A DNA stretch of 64,000 nt from an uncultured Nitrososphaerota archaeon (GTDB taxonomy: Archaea; Thermoproteota; Nitrososphaeria; Nitrososphaerales; Gagatemarchaeaceae). This document shows, piece by piece, positions 10,564-20,113 of the stretch. Position 1 is the stretch's first letter, and each line of letters starts with the position of its first letter. Made by a program: the position numbers and the translations under genes. The notes below the pieces were generated by a model. The model made no database searches. It saw nothing but the letters and a program-made list of their open reading frames with translations, and was not told the origin of the DNA. The stretch lies in assembly GCA_963718895.1 (NCBI GenBank), contig CAVRAG010000007.1, positions 224,001 to 288,000 of the forward strand. Direction: 5' to 3'.

Positions 10564-11376
10564 CTAGGAATGCAGAAGCGCTGCCGTATAAAGCAGCGTG
10601 AACCCGATGAGGATGAATATCGCCACCTTCAGGGACTCGGACCTCGAGCCGGGCTCCCAGAAGAGAGGGCGGGCCAGCCGAAGAGCGGCGTAGATCGAGG
10701 TCCCCAGGGCAACGGCGTACACGTAGGTGAAGTCGGCCGCAGGATACGCCTGCACCAGGAAGTACGAAACTCCTCCTCCGACGATGCCCGGAAGAGTGAA
10801 CACGACCGCGACCACAATGAGGTCGATGATGCGCTGCTGCGAGTTCTTCGCGTGGTCCTTGGTGTAGATCCAGTAGACGGCGCCGACCATCATCGGCTCC
10901 AGAGCCTTGTGCAGGGTGAAGGCTACGCCTGCCGTCACGCCGCCGAAGGCCGAGATCAGATCGTTACCGGGAGCGGTCACCGCTGTAGCGGATATCGATG
11001 CTCCCTCTGCGAACCCATGCAGGCCGATGGCCAGGGCGGCGAGGAGGGGGATGGCAAAGCCGAGCTTGGGTGTGGCCTGGCCAGAATCTAGCAGGTCGGG
11101 GTCGACGTAGAGGAAGACGATCAGGCCAACCGCGAAGAGGACCCAGAGAGCCGCATGGAAGAAACCTCCCGAGAATCCCTCGTTGACCCCGAGAAGGTTG
11201 GCGCCGTCGATCGTGTCGTTGAAGAACCAGAGATAGAGCCCTATGGCGATAGCAGCCAGGTACCTGGCCTTCAGGAACTTTGCCAGGATGGAGATTACGG
11301 CCAATCCGACGAGCGAGGGGAAGATGAATGTTGCGACGGTAGCGCCGAACGTCTCAGCGAACCCTAACATTATCAC
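10564..11376 (-). CDS. ZIP-like divalent metal transporter
   Basis: About 8 TM helices; IGLHGFAEG and LHKALE motifs resemble ZIP TM4/TM5. Confidence 0.7.
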   Translation of the reverse strand: MIMLGFAETFGATVATFIFPSLVGLAVISILAKFLKARYLAAIAIGLYLWFFNDTIDGANLLGVNEGFSGGFFHAALWVLFAVGLIVFLYVDPDLLDSGQATPKLGFAIPLLAALAIGLHGFAEGASISATAVTAPGNDLISAFGGVTAGVAFTLHKALEPMMVGAVYWIYTKDHAKNSQQRIIDLIVVAVVFTLPGIVGGGVSYFLVQAYPAADFTYVYAVALGTSIYAALRLARPLFWEPGSRSESLKVAIFILIGFTLLYTAALLHS

Positions 11377-11434
11377 GTATGCTATGGTCGAAGTACATTA
11401 AGCGTTGTGGCTCAAACGGCGTATCGCACGGAGG

Positions 11435-12468
11435 TTAAGCCGGCAGGACGGTAACGGTGCCCTGCATCCAGGGGTGGTACACGCAGTCGTAGCTGTAGAC
11501 TCCGGGCGAGTCGAACGTGTAGGAGTAGGTCTGCCCGGGCGCGATGTTACCCGAGTCGAAGAGGCCGGAGTCGCTGCTGATGGTGTCGAAGGAGACGGAC
11601 CTGGAGACCCAGATTACCGTGTTGTTCACGCCGAGCACCACGGTGATGTTCTGCGGGGAGTAGTTCCAGGTGAGCGGGGACTCCACTATGTAGACGGTGC
11701 TCGTGTGCTGGGCGGGCGTGTAGGGGGTCGTGCCTATTGAGAGGGCCGCTGCGCCGAACCACCCGCCCATCACGATCAGCATAGAGAGGGAGAGCACGGG
11801 GACGTACCTCCGGCTCGTCTCGCCGAAGTTCGAGGCGGATCCCTGATCTTGTCCACGTTGACGCCGAACTGCTCCCTGAGGTCCGACGCGAACCTTGCGT
11901 TCGAGACTATGGCGTAGAGAACGATGCCGTAGAGAACGATGCCGTAGAGATACAGCGGGGTGGGCATGAAGACCCAGATGCCGAGCCAGAGCTGGTTGAC
12001 GACCGAGTAGAGGGGGTAGATCTGGACCTGGAGGATGAGGGCCAGGCCGTAGAGGATGTGCGTGGCGAACCCGAGCATCAGGATGTGCGACTTGTTCGAG
12101 TCGGAGAGCATCGGGAAGAACGCGCCTAAGAGGAAGCCTGCGAGGAAGAAGCACCCGTGCTCCGTGGCGTGTATGAGCGGATTCAGGACGGCGGCGTCCC
12201 AGGCGAAGGGCAGGTGCCAGAAGAACACGACAGCGCAGACGACGACGACGGAGATGATGGTCGAGGCCCCCCTCGGGAACCTGTCGAACCACCCGGCCCT
12301 GTAGAGCGGGTAGGCGACCAGCCAACCGGAGATCATTATCATGATGTGCTCGAGCATGTGGACCGAGAGGTTCAGCGTCGTCAGGTCGTCGAACGGCGGG
12401 AACGCGACGGAGAACACGAAGAGGATCACCCCCAGAAGCGGGACACAGTATAGGAATCCGAGTTTCAC
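11435..12468 (-). CDS. CtaG-family (oxidase copper assembly) membrane protein, probably fused to a C-terminal plastocyanin-like domain; indel near 11842
   Basis: HMLEH, FWHLP and HATEH motifs in one frame; TM plus cupredoxin (YDCVYHPWMQG) in the overlapping frame. Confidence 0.72.
11913..11950. repeat. 15-bp in-frame tandem repeat (2.5 copies) encoding LYGIV
   Basis: CGTAGAGAACGATGC x2 plus CGTAGAGA. Confidence 0.9.
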
Positions 12469-12608
12469 CGACGTATGCCCTGGGATTTCTGGCCCGGACC
12501 ATCGACCCCCATATCTCTTGACGGAGAGGAGCCGCCCACCGGGCTGCCCGTCCTCGCTGTTAAGAAAGGGACGATATCTTATATCAGGGCTGTTAAGGTC
12601 AGTCACCC

Positions 12609-12992
12609 ATGCCGATAGTCAGTCTCTCCTTCCCGGAGTCGATGATGAAGGAGATGGACGAGCTTCAGCGGGCGCTCGGATTCACCGGCAGGTCAGAGCT
12701 CGTCAGGGCGAGCATCCGCCTCATGATCCAGGACGTCAAGGAGAAGAGCGCTCTGACAGGGAGAGGAAGCGCAGTGATCGTCTTGACTCACACCGAGGAG
12801 AACGAAGAGCCGGTGACGAGGATCAAGCACAGGTACGACGAGATAGTGAGGACCCATATCCACAACAAGATCACGAAGAACAATTGCGTGGAGATGTTCC
12901 TGCTCGAGGGAAGCTCCCACGAAGTGGCGACCATGGCCAAGGACTTTCAGAAGGAAGAAGGAATAAAGAGCGTCCGGCTGGTCGTGTTGTAG
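12609..12992 (+). CDS. nikR: NikR-family metal-responsive regulator
   Basis: Ribbon-helix-helix N-terminus (IVSLSF...RSELVRASIR); C-terminal THIH...NCVE metal ligands. Confidence 0.85.
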   Translation: MPIVSLSFPESMMKEMDELQRALGFTGRSELVRASIRLMIQDVKEKSALTGRGSAVIVLTHTEENEEPVTRIKHRYDEIVRTHIHNKITKNNCVEMFLLEGSSHEVATMAKDFQKEEGIKSVRLVVL

Positions 12993-13254
12993 AATCGTTC
13001 CGGCATGTGGCTTGGCGGACCGGTGGGCTCTCTCTATACGTTGCCTCTGCTCTTGATTCTGCTCTATGTAGGGTGAGTGCTAGTGAGAATCCTTCAGTGT
13101 CTCTCAGGCTGGACCGCGCACATGTCGCCTCGTTCAGAATCCCCCAAGAGCATCGGCGTGCCCTCGCCATTCGTCCACTCTTAGTTACGGGGCGTCAACC
13201 ATAGGACCCCATATCGTCCATATTCTCTACGGCGCAATAAGCTAAAGCGCAAAG

Positions 13255-15210
13255 ATGGCAGGCTCGTACCTCATGCCGGTCCGAAATGCGGGACACAGCG
13301 AGACTTTGGACGGCTTGAAAGTCACCGGTCTCATCACTGAACTCGAGACGATACGGTCGGCTGTTCTCGAACAGGAGGAGGCGCTGGACCTGAGCAGGTT
13401 CGGCGACCACCTACCGAGCGCCAGGAACCTGGTGCAATATCTGGCCTTGCGCAGGTTCGACCTGCGGGAAACGCAGGAGAGGCTCTCGGAGATGGGGTTG
13501 TCCTCCCTCGGGAGGTCCGAAGGTCACGTGTTCTACAACCTCGAGGCTGTCCTTCAGGTCCTGTACAGCCTTGCGGGGCGCATCCCCCCGAGGAAGGGGG
13601 TCGGAGGGGTCAAGCCTTCTGAGGGGAGGCTCATCCTCGAGAAGAACGCAGCGATGCTGCTGGGTCCCAAGAGGAAGGGACGGAACGTGAGAATCATGGT
13701 GACGATGCCCACGGAGGCCTCCACCGACTACGGCCTCGTGCGGGCCCTGCTCGCCAGTGGCATGGACTGCATGAGAATCAACTGCGCACACGACAGCGAA
13801 TCCGATTGGAGGGGTATGATATCGAACCTCAGGCGCGCGGAGAAGCAGGTGGGAAGGACGTGCAGCATCCTCATGGATATCGCAGGCCCGAAGATACGGA
13901 CGGGGCCATTGAAGCCGGGACCGGAAGTGGTGAGGATAAGGCCCAAGAGGAATGAGCTCGGCAGAGTTCTGACGCGCGCAAGGGTTTGGCTCACGCCAGA
14001 CGAAGGGCAGGAGAGTCCACCGGGCCCGGGCGACGCGACCCTCCTGCTTCCCAAGAGGTTCCTGCGGGGTCTGACGACGGGGTCAAAGCTGGGCCTGAAG
14101 GATGCGAGGGGATCAAACCGCATGCTTCGTGTGGAGTCGCGCGCAGGGGAGTCGCTTTGGGCAACTTCGGGCAAGACCGCATACATCGTCAAGGGAACCG
14201 TCCTCTCGTACGGGAAGGAGAGCGCATCGGTTGGCGACCTGCCACACATCTTGCAGCCTATCACCCTGAGGGTCGGGGAGACGTTGGTCGTCACAGGAGC
14301 GTCAGTCGAGGGAACCGACGCCGTGAGGGATTCGAAGGGCGCGGTAAGGAGTTCGGCCATCATTTCATGCACGCTCCCGGAAGCGCTACGCGACGTGAAG
14401 AAGGGGCAGCCGATTTGGTTCGATGACGGAAAGATCGGGGCAGTCGTAACCGAGACCTCCGGGGAACAACTGAAGGTCAAGATCACTCATGCGGTCGAGG
14501 GGGGTTCTCGTCTTCAGAGCGACAAGGGAATCAACCTCCCTAGGACAGAACTCAGGTTGCCTCCGATTACCGAGAAGGATGTCAAGGACCTGAAGTTCAT
14601 AACGAGGCACGCCGACCTCGTGGGATATTCCTTCGTAAGGTCGCCCGATGACGTGGACCTCCTGCGGTCGATGCTCCAGAGGGAGGGAAGGAGTGAGATG
14701 GGCGTGGTACTGAAGATCGAGACATTGCGGGCGTTCGAGCAGCTGCCCAGCATCCTCCTCGCCGCGTTGCGCATGCCTCTTGCAGGAATCATGATAGCGA
14801 GGGGAGATCTGGCCGTCGAGTGCGGGTACGAAAGACTCGCCGAGGTGCAGGAAGAGATTCTTTGGCTCTGCGAGGCCGCGCACATGCCAGCGATATGGGC
14901 CACGCAGGTGCTCGAGGGACTGACCAAGAACGGGATCCCCTCGAGAGCGGAAGTGAGCGACGCCGCGATGGGAGAGAGGGCGGAGTGTGTTATGCTGAAC
15001 AAGGGACCGTACATGGTCGAGGCCGTCAGGGCGCTCGAAAACATATTGGAACGGATGCAGGCCCATCAGGCCAAAAAGAGCACGCTGCTTCGCCACCTGA
15101 ACATAGCCGAGAGCTTCTTCAAGGGTTCCTCAGGCGTGCCGACAGAAACGCGACATTGGGCCCGTCCCGCCGCCCGGAGACACGGAGAGGTTGCCGAGAG
15201 AAATGGATAG
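13255..15210 (+). CDS. pyk: Pyruvate kinase-family protein, long bacterial-like form
   Basis: RINCAH, DIAGPKIRTG, KGINLP, LKIET, IARGDL, WATQVLE, PSRAE, CVMLNKG. Confidence 0.9.
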   Translation: MAGSYLMPVRNAGHSETLDGLKVTGLITELETIRSAVLEQEEALDLSRFGDHLPSARNLVQYLALRRFDLRETQERLSEMGLSSLGRSEGHVFYNLEAVLQVLYSLAGRIPPRKGVGGVKPSEGRLILEKNAAMLLGPKRKGRNVRIMVTMPTEASTDYGLVRALLASGMDCMRINCAHDSESDWRGMISNLRRAEKQVGRTCSILMDIAGPKIRTGPLKPGPEVVRIRPKRNELGRVLTRARVWLTPDEGQESPPGPGDATLLLPKRFLRGLTTGSKLGLKDARGSNRMLRVESRAGESLWATSGKTAYIVKGTVLSYGKESASVGDLPHILQPITLRVGETLVVTGASVEGTDAVRDSKGAVRSSAIISCTLPEALRDVKKGQPIWFDDGKIGAVVTETSGEQLKVKITHAVEGGSRLQSDKGINLPRTELRLPPITEKDVKDLKFITRHADLVGYSFVRSPDDVDLLRSMLQREGRSEMGVVLKIETLRAFEQLPSILLAALRMPLAGIMIARGDLAVECGYERLAEVQEEILWLCEAAHMPAIWATQVLEGLTKNGIPSRAEVSDAAMGERAECVMLNKGPYMVEAVRALENILERMQAHQAKKSTLLRHLNIAESFFKGSSGVPTETRHWARPAARRHGEVAERNG

Positions 15211-15316
15211 TGGGCCGGCCCGGATTTGAACCGGGGACCTTGGCGGTTTTCTGCTTTCGCCGTGTGAGAGCTTGACGGATTGCTCTGACGTCCAAACCAG
15301 GCTAGACGACCGGCCC
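15211..15316 (-). tRNA. tRNA-Val(CAC) with two non-canonical BHB introns at 28/29 (15272-15286) and 44/45 (15240-15255)
   Basis: Removing the 15-nt and 16-nt introns gives a 75-nt cloverleaf: acceptor GGGCCGG/CCGGCCC, anticodon stem TCGCT/GGCGA, loop CT-CAC-AC, T-loop TTCAAAT, discriminator A. Confidence 0.9.
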
Positions 15317-15394
15317 CTGCACGAAGCCACGTGAAAGCCGATTTAACGATTGCCGTCTTGAGCGTTGTTACCTCGTCCGAGGAGGGCTCGGAGC

Positions 15395-16273
15395 TCACGA
15401 GCCAGTTCCGGCGCCTGCCGAAGCGCCGAAGATGAGGCCCAGGAGTCCGCCGATGATAGCTAACGCGCCAAGGGTGAAGACGAGCGTCGTGATCCTCTCG
15501 GTCGAGGCGAGGCGGAGGAGCCACCGGATCGTCAGGAGACCCACGACCGCGGTGACGGCGATGGCTACGACCACCGTCGCCGGGGAGAGGAGCGAGAAGC
15601 TTCCCTCTATCTCGTGGCGAGAGAACAGGAGGGTGACCGCCGTCGCGCCTATCGATGCTGGGATGAGAGCGAGGAAAGACAGTCTGAAGGCCGTCTTGCC
15701 GTCAGTCCCTAGGAGCAGCATCGAGGAGACCGTCGCGCCCGAGCGGCTCACGCCAGGGAACGCTGCTATTCCCTGGGCGAACCCGATCGCAACCAGGTCC
15801 TTGAGCGACATCGTCTCGAGTGTGAGACGGGGCGTGTACCTCTTCCTTGAAATCGTTATGAGCAGCCCGTCGAGGATCAGCACCGACCCGAGGATGACCA
15901 TGGGGATGCCGACCGCGTTTCCGAGGTTGAGGGAGGAGACGGAGACGTAGATCGCGACACCCATCACCCCGGTTATCGCTGTCAGCACGACCAGGTACTT
16001 GAGCATCAGCCGCCCCTCCTTCGTCCCCCTCCCCACAAGCGACTTGAGTATGAGCAGGACCTCGGTCCGGAAGTAGATCATCGCGGCTACGAAAGAGCCA
16101 ATCTCGAGGAACAGCCCGAGGGCGTAGCCTTCGGAGAACGTCAGCCCGAGGAGGAGCGACGAGACTATGAGGACCTGGGTCTTACTGCTGACGGGGAGCC
16201 ACTCGCTGATTCCCTGGACAACCCCAAGCAAAATCCCCGCGCCAAGTATGAACGTGAGGTCAGTTGGTTGCAT
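15395..16273 (-). CDS. uppP: Undecaprenyl-diphosphate phosphatase (BacA/UppP family)
   Basis: QGISEWLPVSS and PGVSRSGAT motifs. Confidence 0.93.
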   Translation of the reverse strand: MQPTDLTFILGAGILLGVVQGISEWLPVSSKTQVLIVSSLLLGLTFSEGYALGLFLEIGSFVAAMIYFRTEVLLILKSLVGRGTKEGRLMLKYLVVLTAITGVMGVAIYVSVSSLNLGNAVGIPMVILGSVLILDGLLITISRKRYTPRLTLETMSLKDLVAIGFAQGIAAFPGVSRSGATVSSMLLLGTDGKTAFRLSFLALIPASIGATAVTLLFSRHEIEGSFSLLSPATVVVAIAVTAVVGLLTIRWLLRLASTERITTLVFTLGALAIIGGLLGLIFGASAGAGTGS

Positions 16274-16292
16274 TCGTCCAACTCTCTGGCGT

Positions 16293-16460
16293 CTACTTCT
16301 TGAGGCCCACGGAGCGGTTCTTCAACCGGAGGTCAGAGGAGTGGCATTTCCTGCACCTGGTCGCGGCGAGCGGGTTCCTCGAACCACACTTGAGGCAGAC
16401 CTTGAGGAAGAGGCGCTTCTTCTGCGCTATCTGCTTCTTAGTAACGTCAGCGATTGGCAA
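16293..16460 (-). CDS. rpl40e: 50S ribosomal protein L40e
   Basis: TTG start; KVCLKCGSRNP...RCRKCHS..LRLK zinc motif. Confidence 0.93.
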   Translation of the reverse strand: MPIADVTKKQIAQKKRLFLKVCLKCGSRNPLAATRCRKCHSSDLRLKNRSVGLKK

Positions 16461-16594
16461 TTCTAATCGGTTCTTCCCCGCCCTCCTGACCCCCCTTAAG
16501 GACTTTTCGAGGTGGAGGTCGCCTGCGTGCGTCGAGGCAGAGGGAGGAAGCTGGGGAACCGTAATAAAACCCCCGCCGAAAGGGGTTGGAAGAG

Positions 16595-17305
16595 ATGGCA
16601 CGAAGGTCCAGGCGGGCCAAGAAGTCCTCGAGGCGGAATCTTTGGCTCGGAATAGCGGTCCTCGCCGTGGTGGTGATTGCCGTAGGAGCGTACTATGTCT
16701 CCTACGGCCACGGAACGAACAGCACGACATCCACGAGCTCGTCGGCCAGCAACTCAACAAGCTCCTCAGGGTCCGGTGATTACGCAGTCCTCGACACGAG
16801 CCAGGGCACGATAGTGGTTCAGCTCTTCCCGCAGAACGCGCCGAAGACGGTCGCGAACTTCGTTAGCCTAGCCAACTCGGATTTCTACAACAACCTGGTC
16901 TGGCACCGGATCGTCTCGGGGTTCATCATACAGACAGGGGACCCGAATACGAGGGGGGCAAATGTAGCGTCGGAGGGCACATGGGGCCAGGGAGGCGCTA
17001 ATTCGACGATTCCCTTTGAGAACAGCGGACTTCCGGAGGGGCAGTACTACGTCGCGATGGCCAACACTAGCCCGCAGGGCGCTGGCGCATCGTCTCAGTT
17101 CTTCATCAATCTGGTCGACAACACCCAGTCGCTGGGCTCAGGCTACGCGGTCTTCGGCGAGGTCGTGCAGGGCATGAGCGTAGTGCAAGCGATCGGCGCG
17201 CTTCCAGTGGCTTCCTCGTGTGCGAGCACCAGTGGCCTCACATGCCCACCGACGAACCCGAGCCAAGCTCTTCTGATCAGCGTCACGATCCAGAGCACAC
17301 CGTAA
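16595..17305 (+). CDS. Membrane-anchored cyclophilin-type peptidyl-prolyl isomerase
   Basis: TM plus Ser/Thr linker; APKTVANF, WHRIV, IQTGDP, SQFFIN, YAVFGEV. Confidence 0.93.
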   Translation: MARRSRRAKKSSRRNLWLGIAVLAVVVIAVGAYYVSYGHGTNSTTSTSSSASNSTSSSGSGDYAVLDTSQGTIVVQLFPQNAPKTVANFVSLANSDFYNNLVWHRIVSGFIIQTGDPNTRGANVASEGTWGQGGANSTIPFENSGLPEGQYYVAMANTSPQGAGASSQFFINLVDNTQSLGSGYAVFGEVVQGMSVVQAIGALPVASSCASTSGLTCPPTNPSQALLISVTIQSTP

Positions 17306-17379
17306 CTAGACAAGGGCCCCGGCAACTGGCGAGCCCAAGAGTCCTAATACTAGGCCCTCGGCGACGGTGCCGAAGACCA

Positions 17380-17946
17380 TTGGATACGGCACCTTCAAGC
17401 GGTTCAGGTCAGCGAGCGGTCATATCGACCACGCAAGGGACCTTCGAAGTGGAACTGTTCCCCAAGGCTGCGCCGAGGACAGTAGCGAACTTCGTCAGCC
17501 TCGCCAACACCGGGTTCTACAATAACCTGGTCTGGCACAGGATCGTCAAGGGATTCGCAATACAGATCGGCGACCCGACGTCTCGAAACGGCGGAGGCAA
17601 CCCCTCCAGATGGGGGAGCACAGGTTCGAGCCAGACCGTCCCCCTCGAGGCAAGTCAGGCGCTCGTCAGTGAAGGATACGTGAACGATGCGGGGTCTCTG
17701 GGGATGGCCCGAACCTCAGACCCGAACAGCGGAAGTTCGCAGTTCTTCATCAACCTGTCCAACAACTCCTTCCTCAACGGACAGTACACAGTCTTCGGGA
17801 AGGTGACCGGCGGCATGGATGTGGTGAACAAGCTGGGAGACCTTCCGGTGGACCCCGAGTGCGTCTCCAGCGGGGGCATGAACTGCAGGCCGCTGAACCC
17901 CACGCAGGCCGAGATTCTGACCATAACAATCCTGGACAAGCCATAG
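17380..17946 (+). CDS. Cyclophilin-type PPIase paralogue without TM anchor
   Basis: APRTVANF, WHRIV, MART, SQFFIN, YTVFGKV; start (TTG 17380) uncertain. Confidence 0.9.
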   Translation: MDTAPSSGSGQRAVISTTQGTFEVELFPKAAPRTVANFVSLANTGFYNNLVWHRIVKGFAIQIGDPTSRNGGGNPSRWGSTGSSQTVPLEASQALVSEGYVNDAGSLGMARTSDPNSGSSQFFINLSNNSFLNGQYTVFGKVTGGMDVVNKLGDLPVDPECVSSGGMNCRPLNPTQAEILTITILDKP

Positions 17947-18091
17947 GGAGGGGGTTCGTTTTGTCCGATTCTGTGTCATAGCCTAAACCATAGGCGGCGG
18001 GAGCCACCTGCCATGATCCCGTATTGTCCCCCCGTGTAGCTTCGAACTCTGAGCCACAAGTCTTAACTCGGGAGAATTTCCTCGCCGCATC

Positions 18092-19627
18092 ATGGCCACG
18101 CAGCGCGATGGCCCCAAGAGCCGGGTGAATCCCAAATATCTGGCGGTGCTGGCAATCGTGCTCTTCGGGAGTGCTGCGATCGCCGGATTCTACTCGTTCG
18201 GCATGCAGGGCACAGGGACGACGAAAACCACATCCACGACTTCGAGCGCGACAACGGCCTGCACGACCGCGGCGCCCGCCGTCGACCAGCAACTTGTCCC
18301 CAAGACGTTCGGAGCCATCACGGAGTATACGCTCTCACCCAACAGGACTCCTGGAGGAATAGCGGTCAATGAGACGGATGGCTCGGTGTGGTTCGGAGAG
18401 TGGGGACTCCCCGGCGTGGCTCATCTCTACCAGAACGGCACGCTCACCGAGTTCCCGTGGCCGTCCTCCAAGTCGACTTCGCTGGGCTACTGCGGGACTC
18501 AGACGAACATCTGGGGCGTCGTCCTCTGGAACGGGTCGGTCTGGGGAAGCGACTTCTTCTACAACAGGCTGGTAGGGGTCAACCCTTCCACGGGTCAGAC
18601 CCAGCAGATAGAGCTCGCAAACGACACGTCGCCGTACACCCTGGCGGTCAGTTCGAATAACTACCTCTGGTTCACGGCGAGCAAGCTTGGCGCCCAGATC
18701 GGCAAGGTGAACCCGACCGACCATGCCGTCACCTACTACAACCTCCCCACAGGAAAGGCTTGGGAGTCGGTCTACATCCTGTTCAAGAACAGTACCGTCG
18801 GGTACGTCCTTGCTCTGGACGCACAGAACTATGACACTACGCAGGTACTGTCCTTCAATCCTACCCTGCCTGATCCGAGCTTCACACCCATCGGCGACAA
18901 TCAGACGCTGTACGCTCCGACTAGCTTGGCCTTGGGGGAAGGGGGGCTTTGGGCCACGGAACACTCGGCGTCTGCCATGGCCTTCCTGAACTTCACGACG
19001 GGTGCATGGACGATATTCCCCGTTTCCACCGTGCCCTACACGCCTTACGCCCTGACCTACTTCGACGCCACGAACGGCACGGATGTTTGGTTCAACGAGC
19101 ACTATGCCAACCGCATGGGCGTGATATACGACAACGCCTCCCAGCTGACCGAGTACAACATCTCGAATCCTCCCGTCTACAACCTCACCGAGATCACCGA
19201 TCCGACCAGTGGCATCAACATGGTGACGATGGGCATCGCGCCGGACGGCGCCTGGTTCGCCGCCTCTAGCGCCCAGACCATGGGATTCGTGAGCGGTTCC
19301 TACCTTCCCCCGTTCGCAATCTCCCTCAGCACGCACAAGGTCCAGCTCGCCCCGGGCGGTTCGGCGCAGATCTCAATCACCCTCTCAGGAGACACGATTG
19401 GCAGAAACCTCTCGCTCCAGTTCTCCGACAACGAGAACTACAGTGGTACTCCTCAACAGTTATCCTTCACGACCCCCGCGCCGATAGCCTCTACTGTCGG
19501 GACCAACTCGATCGCGATGACTATCCAGGCGGCCAGCGGCATCCAGCCGGGAACCTACCTCGCAGCCGCCACTGTCACCGACGGAAGCATCTACAGGTCT
19601 GTCTACTTCACCGTCATAGTGACGTGA
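18092..19627 (+). CDS. Membrane-anchored beta-propeller protein (Vgb/NHL-like) with C-terminal Ig-like domain
   Basis: TM and Thr-rich linker; repeated DGSVWF / NYLWFT / DVWFNE blade motifs; many N-x-S/T sites. Confidence 0.78.
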   Translation: MATQRDGPKSRVNPKYLAVLAIVLFGSAAIAGFYSFGMQGTGTTKTTSTTSSATTACTTAAPAVDQQLVPKTFGAITEYTLSPNRTPGGIAVNETDGSVWFGEWGLPGVAHLYQNGTLTEFPWPSSKSTSLGYCGTQTNIWGVVLWNGSVWGSDFFYNRLVGVNPSTGQTQQIELANDTSPYTLAVSSNNYLWFTASKLGAQIGKVNPTDHAVTYYNLPTGKAWESVYILFKNSTVGYVLALDAQNYDTTQVLSFNPTLPDPSFTPIGDNQTLYAPTSLALGEGGLWATEHSASAMAFLNFTTGAWTIFPVSTVPYTPYALTYFDATNGTDVWFNEHYANRMGVIYDNASQLTEYNISNPPVYNLTEITDPTSGINMVTMGIAPDGAWFAASSAQTMGFVSGSYLPPFAISLSTHKVQLAPGGSAQISITLSGDTIGRNLSLQFSDNENYSGTPQQLSFTTPAPIASTVGTNSIAMTIQAASGIQPGTYLAAATVTDGSIYRSVYFTVIVT

Positions 19628-19795
19628 TGAAAGCCGAAACCTGTAAAACCCAGGCCTAGGGCAAAGTCCAAGGCTCGAGAAGATCTCTGGCGAGAGAAGA
19701 CGGAGCGGATAAGCATACCCGGAATGCTACATCATTACTTCCTAACGTCTTATGGTTATGCCCTGCTTAAGCACCCCTCTCTCAGAGATCCTGTC

Positions 19796-19933
19796 ATGCG
19801 AAGACGCCAGCTGATCCCGGTCATCATCAAGCGAGAGCCGGCAGAAGAAGACAGGATCTCGGAGAGGATGTTCGCGGACTACAGGGAGGAGAACGGCAAA
19901 GACCTAGAGAGGGAAGGTTGCGGCGAATGGTAG
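19796..19933 (+). CDS. Putative small protein (45 aa)
   Basis: MRRRQLIPVIIKREPAEED...; TATA-like CTTAAG about 25-30 nt upstream. Confidence 0.4.
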   Translation: MRRRQLIPVIIKREPAEEDRISERMFADYREENGKDLEREGCGEW

Positions 19934-20113
19934 TCGCACCGGCGCAGCTGCAGTGTTGTCCACTTGCGCGTTTGCGATACGTTAGGATGGATTCACGACT
20001 ATTGTCTGCGACGAAATAGCATGCTCACCGTGCATAATCTATGAACCATATAGGAAGTTCAACAAATATATAGACGCCCCGAACTCCTTTTCGAACGCGA
20101 ATCGGTGTTCTTG

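Noticed and set aside
19623-19700. C/D box sRNA starting at GTGATGA
   Set aside because: Overlaps a stop codon; no CTGA D box at a suitable distance
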